Assembly (NCBI GenBank): GCA_041750275.1
Contig: JBGSZR010000301.1
Span: 1 to 43,173 of the forward strand
Length of the DNA: 43,173 bases
Reading direction: 5' to 3'
Source: Gemmataceae bacterium
GTDB taxonomy: Bacteria > Planctomycetota > Planctomycetia > Gemmatales > Gemmataceae
Shown: positions 29,048 to 39,500 of the stretch, piece by piece
How positions within the stretch are numbered: position 1 is the stretch's first letter
Layout of the letters: each line of letters starts with the position of its first letter
Program-made: the position numbers and the translations under genes
The notes under the pieces: model-generated
What the model saw: only the letters and a program-made list of their open reading frames with translations
The model's database searches: none
Told to the model about the DNA's origin: nothing

Positions 29048-29539
29048 TTATCGCTTTCTTCGGGCGGACATCACGCGGTCGATCTCGCGTTTGGCGTCGG
29101 CCTTCTTCACCGATTCGCGCTTGTCGTGGGCTTGTTTGCCCTTGCCAATCGCAAGTTCGAGCTTGGCCTTGCCTGCCTTGAAGTACATCCGCAACGGAAT
29201 CAGCGTGAAGCCCTTCTGGTCCGCCTTCTCCGCGAAGCGGGCAATCTCACGGCGATGCAGCAGCAGCTTCCGCGGCCGCTTCGGCTTGTGGTTCAGGCGA
29301 TTGCCGAAGACGTATTCCGGAATCTCGGCACCGATCAGCCACACCTCGCCGTCGTCGATGCGGCCATAGGAATCTTCGAGGTTCGCGTGTCCCTCACGCA
29401 GGCTCTTCACCTCGGTGCCCACGAGCATGAGGCCGCATTCGATCTTGTCGATGATTTCGTAGTCGTGCGTGGCCCGGCGATTGCGGCATATGTTGGTCTC
29501 GCCATCGCCGGCGTGGTCTTTGTTGCCGCTCTTCGCCAT
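29048..29539 (-). CDS. smpB: SsrA-binding protein
   Basis: 'NRRATHDYEIIDKIECGLMLVGTEVKSLREGHANLEDSYGRIDDGEVWLIGAEIPEY…KLLLHRREIARF…IPLRMYFK' is a full-length SmpB match. Confidence 0.93.
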   Translation of the reverse strand: MAKSGNKDHAGDGETNICRNRRATHDYEIIDKIECGLMLVGTEVKSLREGHANLEDSYGRIDDGEVWLIGAEIPEYVFGNRLNHKPKRPRKLLLHRREIARFAEKADQKGFTLIPLRMYFKAGKAKLELAIGKGKQAHDKRESVKKADAKREIDRVMSARRKR

Positions 29540-29903
29540 GATGCCGTGAGCCCAGGTGGTGTATTCGCGCGGTGTTGCGGCATCTTATCAGCGGCCCGCA
29601 CCGCGTCGTAGCCCAATCTGGCGAGACTCCAACGAACGAAGCGCGGAATGGTTCAATAACAGCCTCGCCCTAACCTCAATCGCATCAGCGACGTTCCACG
29701 ATCTGAGCCTGATTCCGAAAAGTGTGCATGATTCCTGGCTGGGGTTGCTGGGTCGTTGGAATCATCACGCAGAGTGCATCGAGTTTCTCGGGAAGTCAAC
29801 ACGAAGCGGAATTCTTGTGTACGCTGTAGCTTTCATTCCACACGGCAGAGCCGCCAGCGGACGGCATCGCTGCACCACCTTACGTGATCCGGTACCCAGA
29901 GCC

Positions 29904-30236
29904 ATGCCCCGATTCGTGATTCTCGAACACAACTGGCCGACGACTCACTGGGATTTCCTGCTCGAAGCCGGTGAAGTGCTCCGCGCCTGGCGGCTCGCAG
30001 AGGAACCCGCCATCGGCAGGAGCATTGCCGCGGACCGCAACTTCGACCACCGGACGCGGTACCTTGAATATGAAGGGCCGCTCTCAGAGAACCGCGGCAC
30101 CGTGCGGCGCTGGGAGGCCGGGCAATTCGAGTGGCTTGCAAATGCCGAGGATGAGGTCGCCGTGATGCTTCACGGCTCGCGGTTGGCGTGTCGCGTGATC
30201 ATCGCACACGGTGTCGCGCGATTCACTTCAGAGTGA
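29904..30236 (+). CDS. Stand-alone LigD 3'-phosphoesterase (PE)-like domain protein
   Basis: 'MPRFVILEHNWPTTHWDFLLEAGEVLRAWRL…RYLEYEGPLSENRGTVRRWEAGQFEW' follows the LigD-PE pattern (FVIQxHxAxxLHYDxRLE…W…EDHPLEYxxFEGxIP…GGTVxxWDxGTY). The start is at ATG 29904. The upstream part of the track ORF lies in a lower-GC non-coding stretch. Confidence 0.5.
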   Translation: MPRFVILEHNWPTTHWDFLLEAGEVLRAWRLAEEPAIGRSIAADRNFDHRTRYLEYEGPLSENRGTVRRWEAGQFEWLANAEDEVAVMLHGSRLACRVIIAHGVARFTSE

Positions 30237-31919
30237 CTGCAAATCGTAGATGAAGAACTGTGGCGTGCGGCCCACGGGCATGGCGGTGCGCAGCAAGTGC
30301 AGCGCGGCCAGGTGGCCGGGGAGTTTGGTCTCCTGGCCATACAGCACACTCATCGACACGGCCAGGTAACGCGTGCCAGAGAGGGAACGCAATTCGTCCG
30401 CGGTGCCGGTCTGCATGTCGAAGACGTGAATGGGCTTGAAGGGTGCATACAGGATGGCCGGGTCCGTGCCGAAGTACCAGATGGCAAGGGGTTGCCCGGC
30501 GTGCTCCTCGGCGTTCCATCGTTTGAGTGCCGGCAACCCCTGGCCCCAGTCGTAGTTCGAGTCGCTCAGATGGCGGTAGCCGTGCTCCACGCCGCCCCAG
30601 AGTTGATTGGTGTAGCTCAGGCCATGCGGCCAGACCCACGCTGCCGTGCCTGCCATGATGGCCAGCAGCGTGCCAACGAACCAGCGCGGCACGAAGCGTC
30701 CTTGCTCGCCCTCCACCCAGGTGCGCGCGACGGCAACAGCCAGTGCGATGTCCATGGTCGCCATCAGGGTGAACATGAAGCGGATGCCGATCTGGACCCG
30801 GCAATTCAAACTGAAGAGAAATAGCACCAGCGCGATGCCACCGATGGGCGTGAGCAGATTCCGCGGGCGAATCATCAGCACCATCAGCAGCAGTGCCAGC
30901 ATCGGGGCTGGCGTCTTGATCGAGAGCGCGACGGGGAAGTATTCAGGTGTCGAACGCGGGTAGTAGCGGCCCAGCAGGAAGGTGCCATGGCCGCGCATGT
31001 TGTGTTTGATCTGTTGGATCAGTGCTTCGCCGGCATTCGGGAAAATGGTCAGGCGTTCGCTTAGCGGCAACATCACGCTTTTCACGGTGCTATCGGGCAA
31101 GCCTTCGGCCCAGGTCACGAATGTGGGCTCCGTGCCCCAGTCCGAACCGGTGTACGCAAAGACGAGCGCGAAGCCGATGCACATGATGGCGAGGAGATCG
31201 AGCCGCATCGCGAAGCCGGCGTGCCAGATGTGCACGAGCTGTTCACGCAGTCTGGCACCGGCTCGCGGCGCGAGCGTGCCCTGTTGATGCAGGTGAATGA
31301 GCCCGAGCACGAGCATGGCTTGCACGCCGAAGACCATGCCCGAGGCCTTGGCGAGTGTGGCAATGCCAAAGAGCAATCCGGGCACGAGCACACGCGGCAC
31401 CCAGTTTTTGCCCTGGCCGTGGTGATAGTGATAGATCAGGGCCAGCATCGCCGCGACGATGCCGATATCCGAGGTGGCGAGCGAAGCATGGCCAAGGAAG
31501 TTGGGATCGCAGGCAAGGAAGCCGACCGCCAACCGCCCGGCCCAGGGTCCACCAAAGGTGCGGCCGAGCAACAGCGCATAGCCGAGCAGCGCCCACCAGA
31601 AGAGCAGGTTCGCGGCACGGGCCACGGGCAGGATGGTGGCGATGTCCTGATAGGCGTGGAATTCGCTGCCTCGGTGGCATTCCCAGAGGTAAAGTGGCAG
31701 CGTTTGCGCGTCGATGGTCAACGGCATGGCCCCGGCGGACATCAACGGCTTGTTGCTGCCGGTTCGCCACGAGTTCAGCCCGGCATTCAGATAGAAGGGT
31801 TCATCGAAGGTCGCGCCGATTTGCCCGGCCGCGGTCAGGCACCACGCCGAGGAGGCCAGGCCGAAGGCAAGCAGCCAGATCACATCGAGCCGCCAGCCGA
31901 AACCACACGACCGGATCAT
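30228..31919 (-). CDS. Polytopic membrane glycosyltransferase, PMT/ArnT-like (GT39/GT83 superfamily)
   Basis: 563 aa with about 12 TM helices. A conserved 'DEPFY' acidic motif sits in the first extracytoplasmic loop, as in ArnT/PMT-type enzymes. Long periplasmic loops are present. Confidence 0.55.
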   Translation of the reverse strand: MIRSCGFGWRLDVIWLLAFGLASSAWCLTAAGQIGATFDEPFYLNAGLNSWRTGSNKPLMSAGAMPLTIDAQTLPLYLWECHRGSEFHAYQDIATILPVARAANLLFWWALLGYALLLGRTFGGPWAGRLAVGFLACDPNFLGHASLATSDIGIVAAMLALIYHYHHGQGKNWVPRVLVPGLLFGIATLAKASGMVFGVQAMLVLGLIHLHQQGTLAPRAGARLREQLVHIWHAGFAMRLDLLAIMCIGFALVFAYTGSDWGTEPTFVTWAEGLPDSTVKSVMLPLSERLTIFPNAGEALIQQIKHNMRGHGTFLLGRYYPRSTPEYFPVALSIKTPAPMLALLLMVLMIRPRNLLTPIGGIALVLFLFSLNCRVQIGIRFMFTLMATMDIALAVAVARTWVEGEQGRFVPRWFVGTLLAIMAGTAAWVWPHGLSYTNQLWGGVEHGYRHLSDSNYDWGQGLPALKRWNAEEHAGQPLAIWYFGTDPAILYAPFKPIHVFDMQTGTADELRSLSGTRYLAVSMSVLYGQETKLPGHLAALHLLRTAMPVGRTPQFFIYDLQSL

Positions 31920-32013
31920 TGCTATCTCACCCCGTTCGATTCAATCGACGGGGTGAGATAACGAAAGCGGGCAGCCCACGCAAGCCGAACGGCTCGATCA
32001 TCGTAGAGTGCGC

Positions 32014-35000
32014 TCAGCGTTTCACGATGGCGAATTTCGGCGGCTGGCGTGGGAAGCAGATGGGTGTCTGAGTGTTGCCCGGATTCAGAGCGTCCATGAG
32101 TTCGGGCACACGGTTGGAGACGTAGCGGTAAAGTTCCTCTGCGCTGAGCACGCCATCCGTGTTGCGGTCTGCGGTGCGGTACTTGTCGCCGAGAGCATCG
32201 AGGATGGCATAGGTGAAGAGCCCGTGACCGAGCTGCGGGTCTTCATAGGAAAGCTCGCTCTGGTCGCAGGCGGCGATCACGAACGGACCCTGGCCATTGG
32301 GGATGAGCCTTCGCAACAGGTTGGCATCAGCGGCACCACCCGCGTGGCAGGCATCGAGCAGCACCAGCTTCCGGCAATTGATCCCGGCCAAGGTCTTGAA
32401 CAGATCCTCGGCCGAAACGGACGTCTGCGCCACATTATTGTCCGAGTAGTCCGGGCAGCAGAAGACGAACGGTCCAGGTTCGATGACCGCGCCGCGGCTA
32501 CCCCCAGGCCCGGCCGGGCCGCGCTTGGCACCGGGCAAGTCACCGTGACCCGCGAAGAAGACCACAAGCAAATCGTCCGGCTTCACGCGCCCCTTCATCG
32601 CGGCAAGGTCTTCCAGCACTTGTTGACGCTCGGCTTCCCGATTCAGGAGTGTCTCGATTTTGCCTTCGGGGTAGTGCCGGCCTTTGCCGAGATAAGCCTT
32701 GAAGCTGGCCTGCAAATCGGTGGCGTCCTTCACGGCGTTGCGGAGATCCTGGAAACCCTTGCGGGGCGCGATGGCCGCGGCGGCAACCTGGCTATTCGCA
32801 TAGTCGTTCACACCGACCACCAGCCCGTGCAAGCTGGGCGAACCGGCCGTGTTGGGGTTACGCACCTGTTCCGTGCCCTCACCACGCCCACCGCGTGCGT
32901 TGAACGTGAGCACGGTGAACTTATTCTCCCCTTCGCGAAATGCCGAAGCGGGGATGGGCAATGCCGCGGTGAAGACCATGCGCGGATCGAGCGGCGCACC
33001 GCCCGGTTGTGGCCAGGTGGCAATGCGGTAGTCGTTCAACCACAACTCCACATGCTCGGGAAGCAAATCCGGGTTGGAACCGCGAGGCTTCACCTCGATG
33101 GTTGCAGTGACAGGGCCCTGACCCACCACCAGCGAGTCCAGGAAGACCCTGGGCGGCGCGGGTTCGAACTTGCTGAACGTGCCCGGTCGCGGATCTTCCT
33201 CGGCGAGCAATTGCAAGGCGTCGGCGACACTGCGGCTGGTCACGAGCTTTTGCAACACCGCGTACTTGTGGTAGTGGTCCTCGAACTGGTTGAACTGGTA
33301 GAAGACAGGTCGGCCATCAGCCTCGGGTGCGTTCACGTGCCAGCCGATGATGCGATCGCCGTTGGCACTCTCGGTGTGGTAATAGGAACCCTTCCACATC
33401 CAGATGACCCAGTCGGTCATGCGGCCCGCGTCGTCGAATCCGGGGAACCACTTCCAAAGTGGCCGCTGCCGCACCGTGGTGAGCGTCTCGCGGCGCGGTT
33501 TCCCGGCCGCTTCCAGGCCGAAGTACAGTTCCTTCCCAGGAATGGGGCTCTTCACCGCGGCCACGACATCACGGGCGGTGCCAAGCGGAGACTGCCCGGG
33601 GCGATGATCGAAGATGATGGTGCCACCATCGACCACGAGCAGGTCGATCACTTCACCGGCAGAGAGCCCAGCTTCCCAGGCCGGGGAACCAACGTCCACC
33701 GCGAGCACCGTGGGCTTGCCATTGGCGACCTCGATCTTCGCTCCGAGCCCGGCATTGCTCGGCCAGTCCTCCAGGCTGTATGAGGCAACGGTGTGGTCGG
33801 CACCTCCACTCACGAACCACGTCTGATCGGCTGCCGCCACGAGCGAGAGCACCGGGCCGCTGTGACCGGTGAAGAGTTTTGTGCGAGTGACGCCATCGGG
33901 CTGCAGTTCGAAGAGCGAGCAACCATAGTCGTGGCCGACCAGCAACCGTGTCGGCTTGCCATTCTTCGCGGGGATGAAGGTGAAGCAGGTGGGTGCCTGA
34001 TCGCGGCCGCGGTCGAGCGCGAGTGCGAAGCCATCGGCGGGGCCATCCTTGTGCACCGCACGCCAGACGAAGCGGCTGTGCTTATCCGGAATCACCGTCC
34101 AGCCATCGGCCGAGGCAAGCGGATCGACCCACTTCTGCCCCTCGGGGTTGCCCTTCCCCATGCGGGGAACGTTGAACGCGGTCCAGTTGCCGGTGCCGCG
34201 GGCGTTCGGGTGGTTCGCCTCGGGGTTGCGGCCGGTCTGGATGCCGAGCATGTTGCCGTTGGTCGAGAGGTTCACCGCCCAGGGCCGACGCCCGGCACCG
34301 CGCACCACGGTCAGCGGCTCCTTTGGCTTGGCGAGATCGAGCAGCGTGACCTCATCGGCATCGCCACCCGCGATGGCCAGGCGATTCTCACTGGGGTGAA
34401 AGGCGAGCGCCTCGGCCGGGCCGGTGTGGGAAAGCTTTGAGACCGGTTCGAAGGCCCCTGTCGCCGGCGGTGCCTTCGTGAGCCAGATCGTGTCGTTGCC
34501 TTCAAGGTAAAACTGGGGCTTGATGTCGCGAGCACCACCGACGCCGATGGCAAGTTCACCGTTCGCGGGGTTCACGGCGATGGCACGTGGAAAGTGGCCC
34601 TCAGGCAGGGCGAGGCGGGCGGCATTCTTGCCATCGAGCGAACGTATCAGCACGAGTGGGTCAAGGCAACCGAGCACCACGGACTGGCGGTCCGCCGTGA
34701 GTTCGGCCCGATAAACCCAGTGAGTGGCTTCCCCCGGCTGGTTCTGGTCATTGATGTCGAAGGTGCGAACGGCCGCAGGGATTGGCTTCGCGGGGTCATC
34801 GCTCAGCGGACCGGCGAGGCTCCAGAAGCCGACCTTGCCATCGAGCGAGACCGCACCGAGCGAGTCCGCGTCCGGGAAGAAGAGGAGGCGGGGATAGTTG
34901 AATTCCTCGGCAGTTTCGCCGCGTTTTGCGGGTGCGAACTTGCCCACACGCGCAGGAGAATTCCAGGTGTGGCCATCTCGTTTGGGTTCGAGCAGTTTGG

Positions 35001-35523
35001 CTGGGTCCCAGAGCCAGAGGCTGCCATCCGCTGTGCCGAAGGCGAGTCGCCGGCCATCGGGGTGGAAGGCGATGGCCATCACGGAGAAGTAGTTGTCGAT
35101 GCCGTTGCGACCGTTGGGCCAGGTCTGGGCGATGGTGTCGCCGGTCTCACGATCGACGATGGCAACCGTGGCGGGCTTCATGCCATAGCCGCCGATGGCG
35201 ACACGCTTGCCATCGGCACGGATGTCGATGGCTTTTACGCCTCCGCGCTGTTCACGCCAGGCACGCCAGCGCAAGGTCTTTGCCTGATCGAGATCGAGCC
35301 CGGCCGCGGCGTGGGGCCAGGCACGCACGACCTTGTCGTCGCCGCCTGCGAACAGGAACGCACCATCCCGGCTGAAACGCAGCACATCGCACGTGCCGAA
35401 CCGTCCGCCCGCCTCGACCACCACTTCAGGCTCATCGCGATTGCGACGATCCAGTTGCTGGGCATCCGTGAGTGGAGCGAAGCCGGCAAAGGCGATGGCA
35501 GTGAGAATCAACCGGGCAGACAT
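32014..35523 (-). CDS. Secreted WD40 β-propeller / PDZ / caspase-like (peptidase C14) multidomain protein
   Basis: 1169 aa. It has a Sec signal peptide (MSARLILTAIAFAGFAPLTDAQQ). The N-terminal roughly 500 aa are WD40-like repeats. A PDZ-like segment ('KPTVLAVDVGSPAWEAGLSAGEVIDLLV') follows. The C-terminal C14 domain retains the catalytic dyad 'VVFFAGHGD' (32541–32567) and 'LLDACHAGG' (32334–32366). Confidence 0.85.
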   Translation of the reverse strand: MSARLILTAIAFAGFAPLTDAQQLDRRNRDEPEVVVEAGGRFGTCDVLRFSRDGAFLFAGGDDKVVRAWPHAAAGLDLDQAKTLRWRAWREQRGGVKAIDIRADGKRVAIGGYGMKPATVAIVDRETGDTIAQTWPNGRNGIDNYFSVMAIAFHPDGRRLAFGTADGSLWLWDPAKLLEPKRDGHTWNSPARVGKFAPAKRGETAEEFNYPRLLFFPDADSLGAVSLDGKVGFWSLAGPLSDDPAKPIPAAVRTFDINDQNQPGEATHWVYRAELTADRQSVVLGCLDPLVLIRSLDGKNAARLALPEGHFPRAIAVNPANGELAIGVGGARDIKPQFYLEGNDTIWLTKAPPATGAFEPVSKLSHTGPAEALAFHPSENRLAIAGGDADEVTLLDLAKPKEPLTVVRGAGRRPWAVNLSTNGNMLGIQTGRNPEANHPNARGTGNWTAFNVPRMGKGNPEGQKWVDPLASADGWTVIPDKHSRFVWRAVHKDGPADGFALALDRGRDQAPTCFTFIPAKNGKPTRLLVGHDYGCSLFELQPDGVTRTKLFTGHSGPVLSLVAAADQTWFVSGGADHTVASYSLEDWPSNAGLGAKIEVANGKPTVLAVDVGSPAWEAGLSAGEVIDLLVVDGGTIIFDHRPGQSPLGTARDVVAAVKSPIPGKELYFGLEAAGKPRRETLTTVRQRPLWKWFPGFDDAGRMTDWVIWMWKGSYYHTESANGDRIIGWHVNAPEADGRPVFYQFNQFEDHYHKYAVLQKLVTSRSVADALQLLAEEDPRPGTFSKFEPAPPRVFLDSLVVGQGPVTATIEVKPRGSNPDLLPEHVELWLNDYRIATWPQPGGAPLDPRMVFTAALPIPASAFREGENKFTVLTFNARGGRGEGTEQVRNPNTAGSPSLHGLVVGVNDYANSQVAAAAIAPRKGFQDLRNAVKDATDLQASFKAYLGKGRHYPEGKIETLLNREAERQQVLEDLAAMKGRVKPDDLLVVFFAGHGDLPGAKRGPAGPGGSRGAVIEPGPFVFCCPDYSDNNVAQTSVSAEDLFKTLAGINCRKLVLLDACHAGGAADANLLRRLIPNGQGPFVIAACDQSELSYEDPQLGHGLFTYAILDALGDKYRTADRNTDGVLSAEELYRYVSNRVPELMDALNPGNTQTPICFPRQPPKFAIVKR

Positions 35524-35736
35524 GGCAACTCCAGGGAATTAAGTCAAAGAGCTACCCGGACATGCAATTCCGTCTGAGGCCGCGGACAACCTGAAGACAA
35601 GTCTGCCGCCGATCGGAAAATCAGAACGCGGATCAGCCAGCTTTAATCCAGAACCGATCCACTGTGAACGATGGACGATATCGTCTGACTCTGATCGCAA
35701 GTCGTGCTTATTCAATCGGCAGCGGCTCATCTGAGT

Positions 35737-36351
35737 TCATCGCTCATCCTGGCGTCGTTCGGCGGCAGCGGTCTCGTGGGCCAGTTCCTCGATGCGTTCG
35801 ATGACCCGGCGAATCTTGCGATCGTAGCTCTTCAGCTCCGCGGCAATCTCCGTCGTCGAGTATCCCTGCAGTCGCATCTCCAGCACCCTTCGATCAAACT
35901 CGGGCAATTGCTTCATGAAGCGTTCGAACTCATCGAGCAGCGTCACTTCCACATCGGGAGCCTGTTCGCCGGTCGAGAGTTGCTGCAGCATCTCCTGGGC
36001 GGTGGAGCCGTGGCCGCATTCCAGTTCCGGGTTGCGCTTGGCGGCCCGGTGAAAGGCGACTTGCCGGAGAGTCTTGTGCACCGTTAGCCGCACCAGCAGC
36101 TTGAAGAGATCGTTCTCGCCTTCGAAGGTGAATTCGTCGTTCTTCACACGCACAAAGAATGTGCGGAATGCCGACTGGATCACATCCTCGGGGTCCACAC
36201 GGCTCGTCATGCGCTGGCCGATGCGACGGCGAGCCAGCTTCATCAGCCGTTCGCAATATCGGTCGAAGAGCTCCGTGGCCGCGGATTCGCTCCCCTCCTT
36301 GAACATCTGGATGAGGTCGCGGTCGTCGGTCGGGTCGGGTGGTTCGGGCAT
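35737..36351 (-). CDS. ECF-type sigma-70 family sigma factor
   Basis: It is 204 aa when started at ATG 36351 (MPEPPDPTDDRDL). Region 2 is 'DPEDVIQSAFRTFFVR'. Region 4 is a helix-turn-helix, 'DRRVLEMRLQGYSTTEIAAELKSYDRKIRRV'. The longer ORF running to 36708 would overlap the divergent gene's upstream region. Confidence 0.85.
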   Translation of the reverse strand: MPEPPDPTDDRDLIQMFKEGSESAATELFDRYCERLMKLARRRIGQRMTSRVDPEDVIQSAFRTFFVRVKNDEFTFEGENDLFKLLVRLTVHKTLRQVAFHRAAKRNPELECGHGSTAQEMLQQLSTGEQAPDVEVTLLDEFERFMKQLPEFDRRVLEMRLQGYSTTEIAAELKSYDRKIRRVIERIEELAHETAAAERRQDER

Positions 36352-36505
36352 GGGTTTGGCTCGTGTGCGGGAAGGCGGCCCTGCCACAACCGCTACGATA
36401 CTCGTTGTTCCAAGCGGGGTCAAAGGGTGTTCGCACTCTGTGTGCTGCAACGACACCTGCTTCGGTATATCATGCGCAGATCGCACCCGGCAGCGGAGAG
36501 GCCTT

Positions 36506-39500
36506 ATGTCCAGCGGAACCCCCGGCGGGAACTGGCGCAATGCAGGCGGCAATCGCCCCGCCTCCAGCAGCAGCACCTCACGCCGCTCCTGGCAGCCCGG
36601 AAGCTCCACAAACAAGCCCGTGATCGGCAAGCGCCGATCACGCCTGGGCCGCTTCCTCTTCGCGGGCCTGCTTACCGGGGTCATCCTCGCCCTGATCGTG
36701 GTCGTCATTTACTACTGGCAGCCGGCGAAGTACCCCACGCTGGTCGTCGTTGGCCCGGCTGGTGGAAGTTCGCTCTCCACGATCGATAATTCCGCCGGTG
36801 TCAATGCGGCCTCGCGCCTGGCCGACTGGGCGAAAGAGGGTGATAGTCGCCCCAAACTTGCCGCCCCGGCCGCCGACACCGCGGACAAGAACGCCTGGCA
36901 AGGCAAACTCGACGGCGATGCGAAGTCGCTGGTGCTCTACTTCAGCGCACCCGGCGGCGCAGACGCCACAGGGCCGTTCCTCTGGTTCATCCCCGAGGGC
37001 GTTCGCACACCCACCGCCGACCACAAGATCTACATTCGCGACATCCTCACCCGCCTCGAAGGACTGCCGAAAGGGAAGTCGAAATTGCTCATCTTCGATG
37101 CAGCACGCCTGCGAGCGAGCGACCCGCACGGAATGCTCTTCAACGACTTCGCCCGTGCTCTCAAGGAACTCGATGCGAAGATCGATAGCATTGAGGGCCT
37201 GGTGGTCATCTGCTCTTCGGACGAGGATCAGCGTGCCTGGGATTCGGAAGAATGGCGTTCTTCCGTGTTCGGTCATTTCTTCCTGGAGGGGCTGAAGGGT
37301 GCAGGTGGCAAGCAGGCCGGTGAGCGCATTACGGCGGCCGAGTTGTTCGACTATAGCAGCGCCGAGACGGCGAAGTGGGCACTCGCGAACCGCGATGAAA
37401 AGCAGACGCCCATCCTGCTGCCTCTGGGGAAAGGCCGGGAACGAGCTGCAAAGCTCGAACTCGCCTCCGTGCCGAGCAGTGGCTTCACGGCAGCCTCACG
37501 CCCCGAAGTTCCTGCCAAGATGCCCGCCGATCTCGAGGCCGCGTGGGGCACGGCCTTCCAGCTTTCGCAGCGCGTGCCGGCACCGGACACGCTCGACCCA
37601 CTGAAGTGGCGTGAATACCTCGATCTGGTGCTGCGTTGGGAACGACTGGTGCGATTCGGCGAGAACCCGGAAGGCGTGCGGGCCAAGGCACAGTTGCTCG
37701 CGGGGCAATTGGAATTGACACATGGTGCCGCGGATCCGCCCTGCCTGCCCGTGGCGTTCCCCGCAGGCCGGGCGCTCGGTGTGCCGCTCATCAAGAGCGA
37801 TCTCGCTGCCTTCAACAAGCTCTGGGCCTCTCCGGCGGGTGCCGCCCGTGGCGATGAGTGGCTGAAACAACTCGGGCCAACTCGCGCGAACGAGACCGCC
37901 CGGCGCATCGCTGTTGCCGAGATGGTCGTCGAACGCGTGGTCAACGACGGCCCGACTTCCGAGACGCTGGCGACCGCCGACGATGTGCTGGGAACCGTGG
38001 ATGGCCCGCGTGTCGGCACGGCAGAAGCGCACTTCATCCGCATCCTGCACCGCCGGCTCGATCCCCACCCCGAATCGCGGCCCGGTGTCGACGTACTAAT
38101 CGAAGCCATCAAGCTTCGCCGCGAGGCCGAGGAGACAGCGTGGGTCTTCGGTGCGGATACAAACCAGTACCCGCATGGTGAGTCGCTGTTCCGCTGGGTC
38201 GGCCGCACGGTGCTGTCGGGTGATGCCGCACGCCGCTCGGGCGAGGATTTGCTGTTCGATGGCAATGCCGATTCCTGGAAGAAGGCGGCTGAGGTTTATT
38301 TCCCCGAAGCCCGCACCCAGTACAAGCAAGCTCGCGACCAGGCTCGCATCATCACGGCCGCGTTCACGGCCCGCGACAAGGTGCTGGCTCGCCTGCCATA
38401 CTATGCACGCTGGCTCGCCGCTTACCGCGGCCCGATTCCCCCGTCCGAAGTCGAACGGCTTCTCGGCAAGTGCGAATCGGCCGCACGCGGAGCCCACACC
38501 TTGCACGGTTTCTTCCTCGAAGACCGAGCGGATGAAGCGATTCTTGGCCAACTGGGCAACATCGATAAGCTCACGAAGAGTGTGAACGCGGACTTCGACG
38601 AAGTGGTCAAGGCCTTCGATGCCGAGGTCGGCAGCTTCGCCAACACCGTGCATCCCTCGAACTGGCACGCACTGGACAATGCATTACGTGTGCCCTTTAT
38701 CCCCGCCCGCGAACGGGCCAAGCTGCTTGGCTATGTGCGCGACATCTCGTTCCAGCTTGCCACGAAATCCGAACAACCTGGTGGTGCCGCCGCACCCGAT
38801 TTTCCCGCGCGTGATTTCGCCCAGCGCCAGGGTCGCGTTTCACTCGCACTTTTTGGCGATGATGCACCGGATCGACTTCGTGCCCTGGTGCTCACACCGA
38901 ACCCCGATGCGTGGTGGAAATCACTCCGCGAGGCCGGCGACCTTGTGGGTGGGAAGTATCAGAACCTGGCCCTCGAGATTCGCACGGAAACCACCAACGC
39001 CTCGGCGAAGCCCGAGTACCTGGATGGCGGTGCCGGCCTTCAAAAAGCAGCGTATCTCGCCCGGTTGGTCGATCCAGCCGCGGCACTTCCCATCGGTGAA
39101 GATCCGCCCGCAGCCGAGCGCCGCTTTCGCCAGCATGCCTTCCTCCTCTGGCATGCACGACGCACGGTAAACGATGGCTGGGCCAACTTGAACAGTACCG
39201 CTGCCGCCCCCTCGTGGTACTGCATGGACGCGGCGAAACTCTGCCTGGACACGGCCCGACCGCTCGCGCTTGGCACCGAGCCGAACCTGCCGCCGCTGGA
39301 GATCGAGCGCCGACTCAAAAGCCTCAACCAGGTGCAGGCACTCGGCCCAGTGATCCTTGATTTGCAGGGACCGGAGGAAAGCACCATCACCGATGCCCCG
39401 GTGTGGAATGTCGACTTCACACTCTCCCGGGCTGCGAAGGATGTGGTCGGTTTCCCGGTGTTCTGGGTGACACCGCCCGGTCCGGAACTGCTCAAAGCAG

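Noticed and set aside
29540-29903. Possible tmRNA (ssrA) next to smpB
   Set aside because: I looked for a tRNA-like 3' end (T-loop GGTTCGAnTCC … CCA) and a tag-peptide frame ending in …ALAA. None was present. tmRNA need not be linked to smpB.
36074-36505. Upstream 144-codon extension of the giant-protein ORF
   Set aside because: It would overlap the divergently encoded ECF sigma factor coding region on the other strand, and its translation is Ser/Arg-rich nonsense. ATG 36506 with an SD-like GGAGAG is the credible start.
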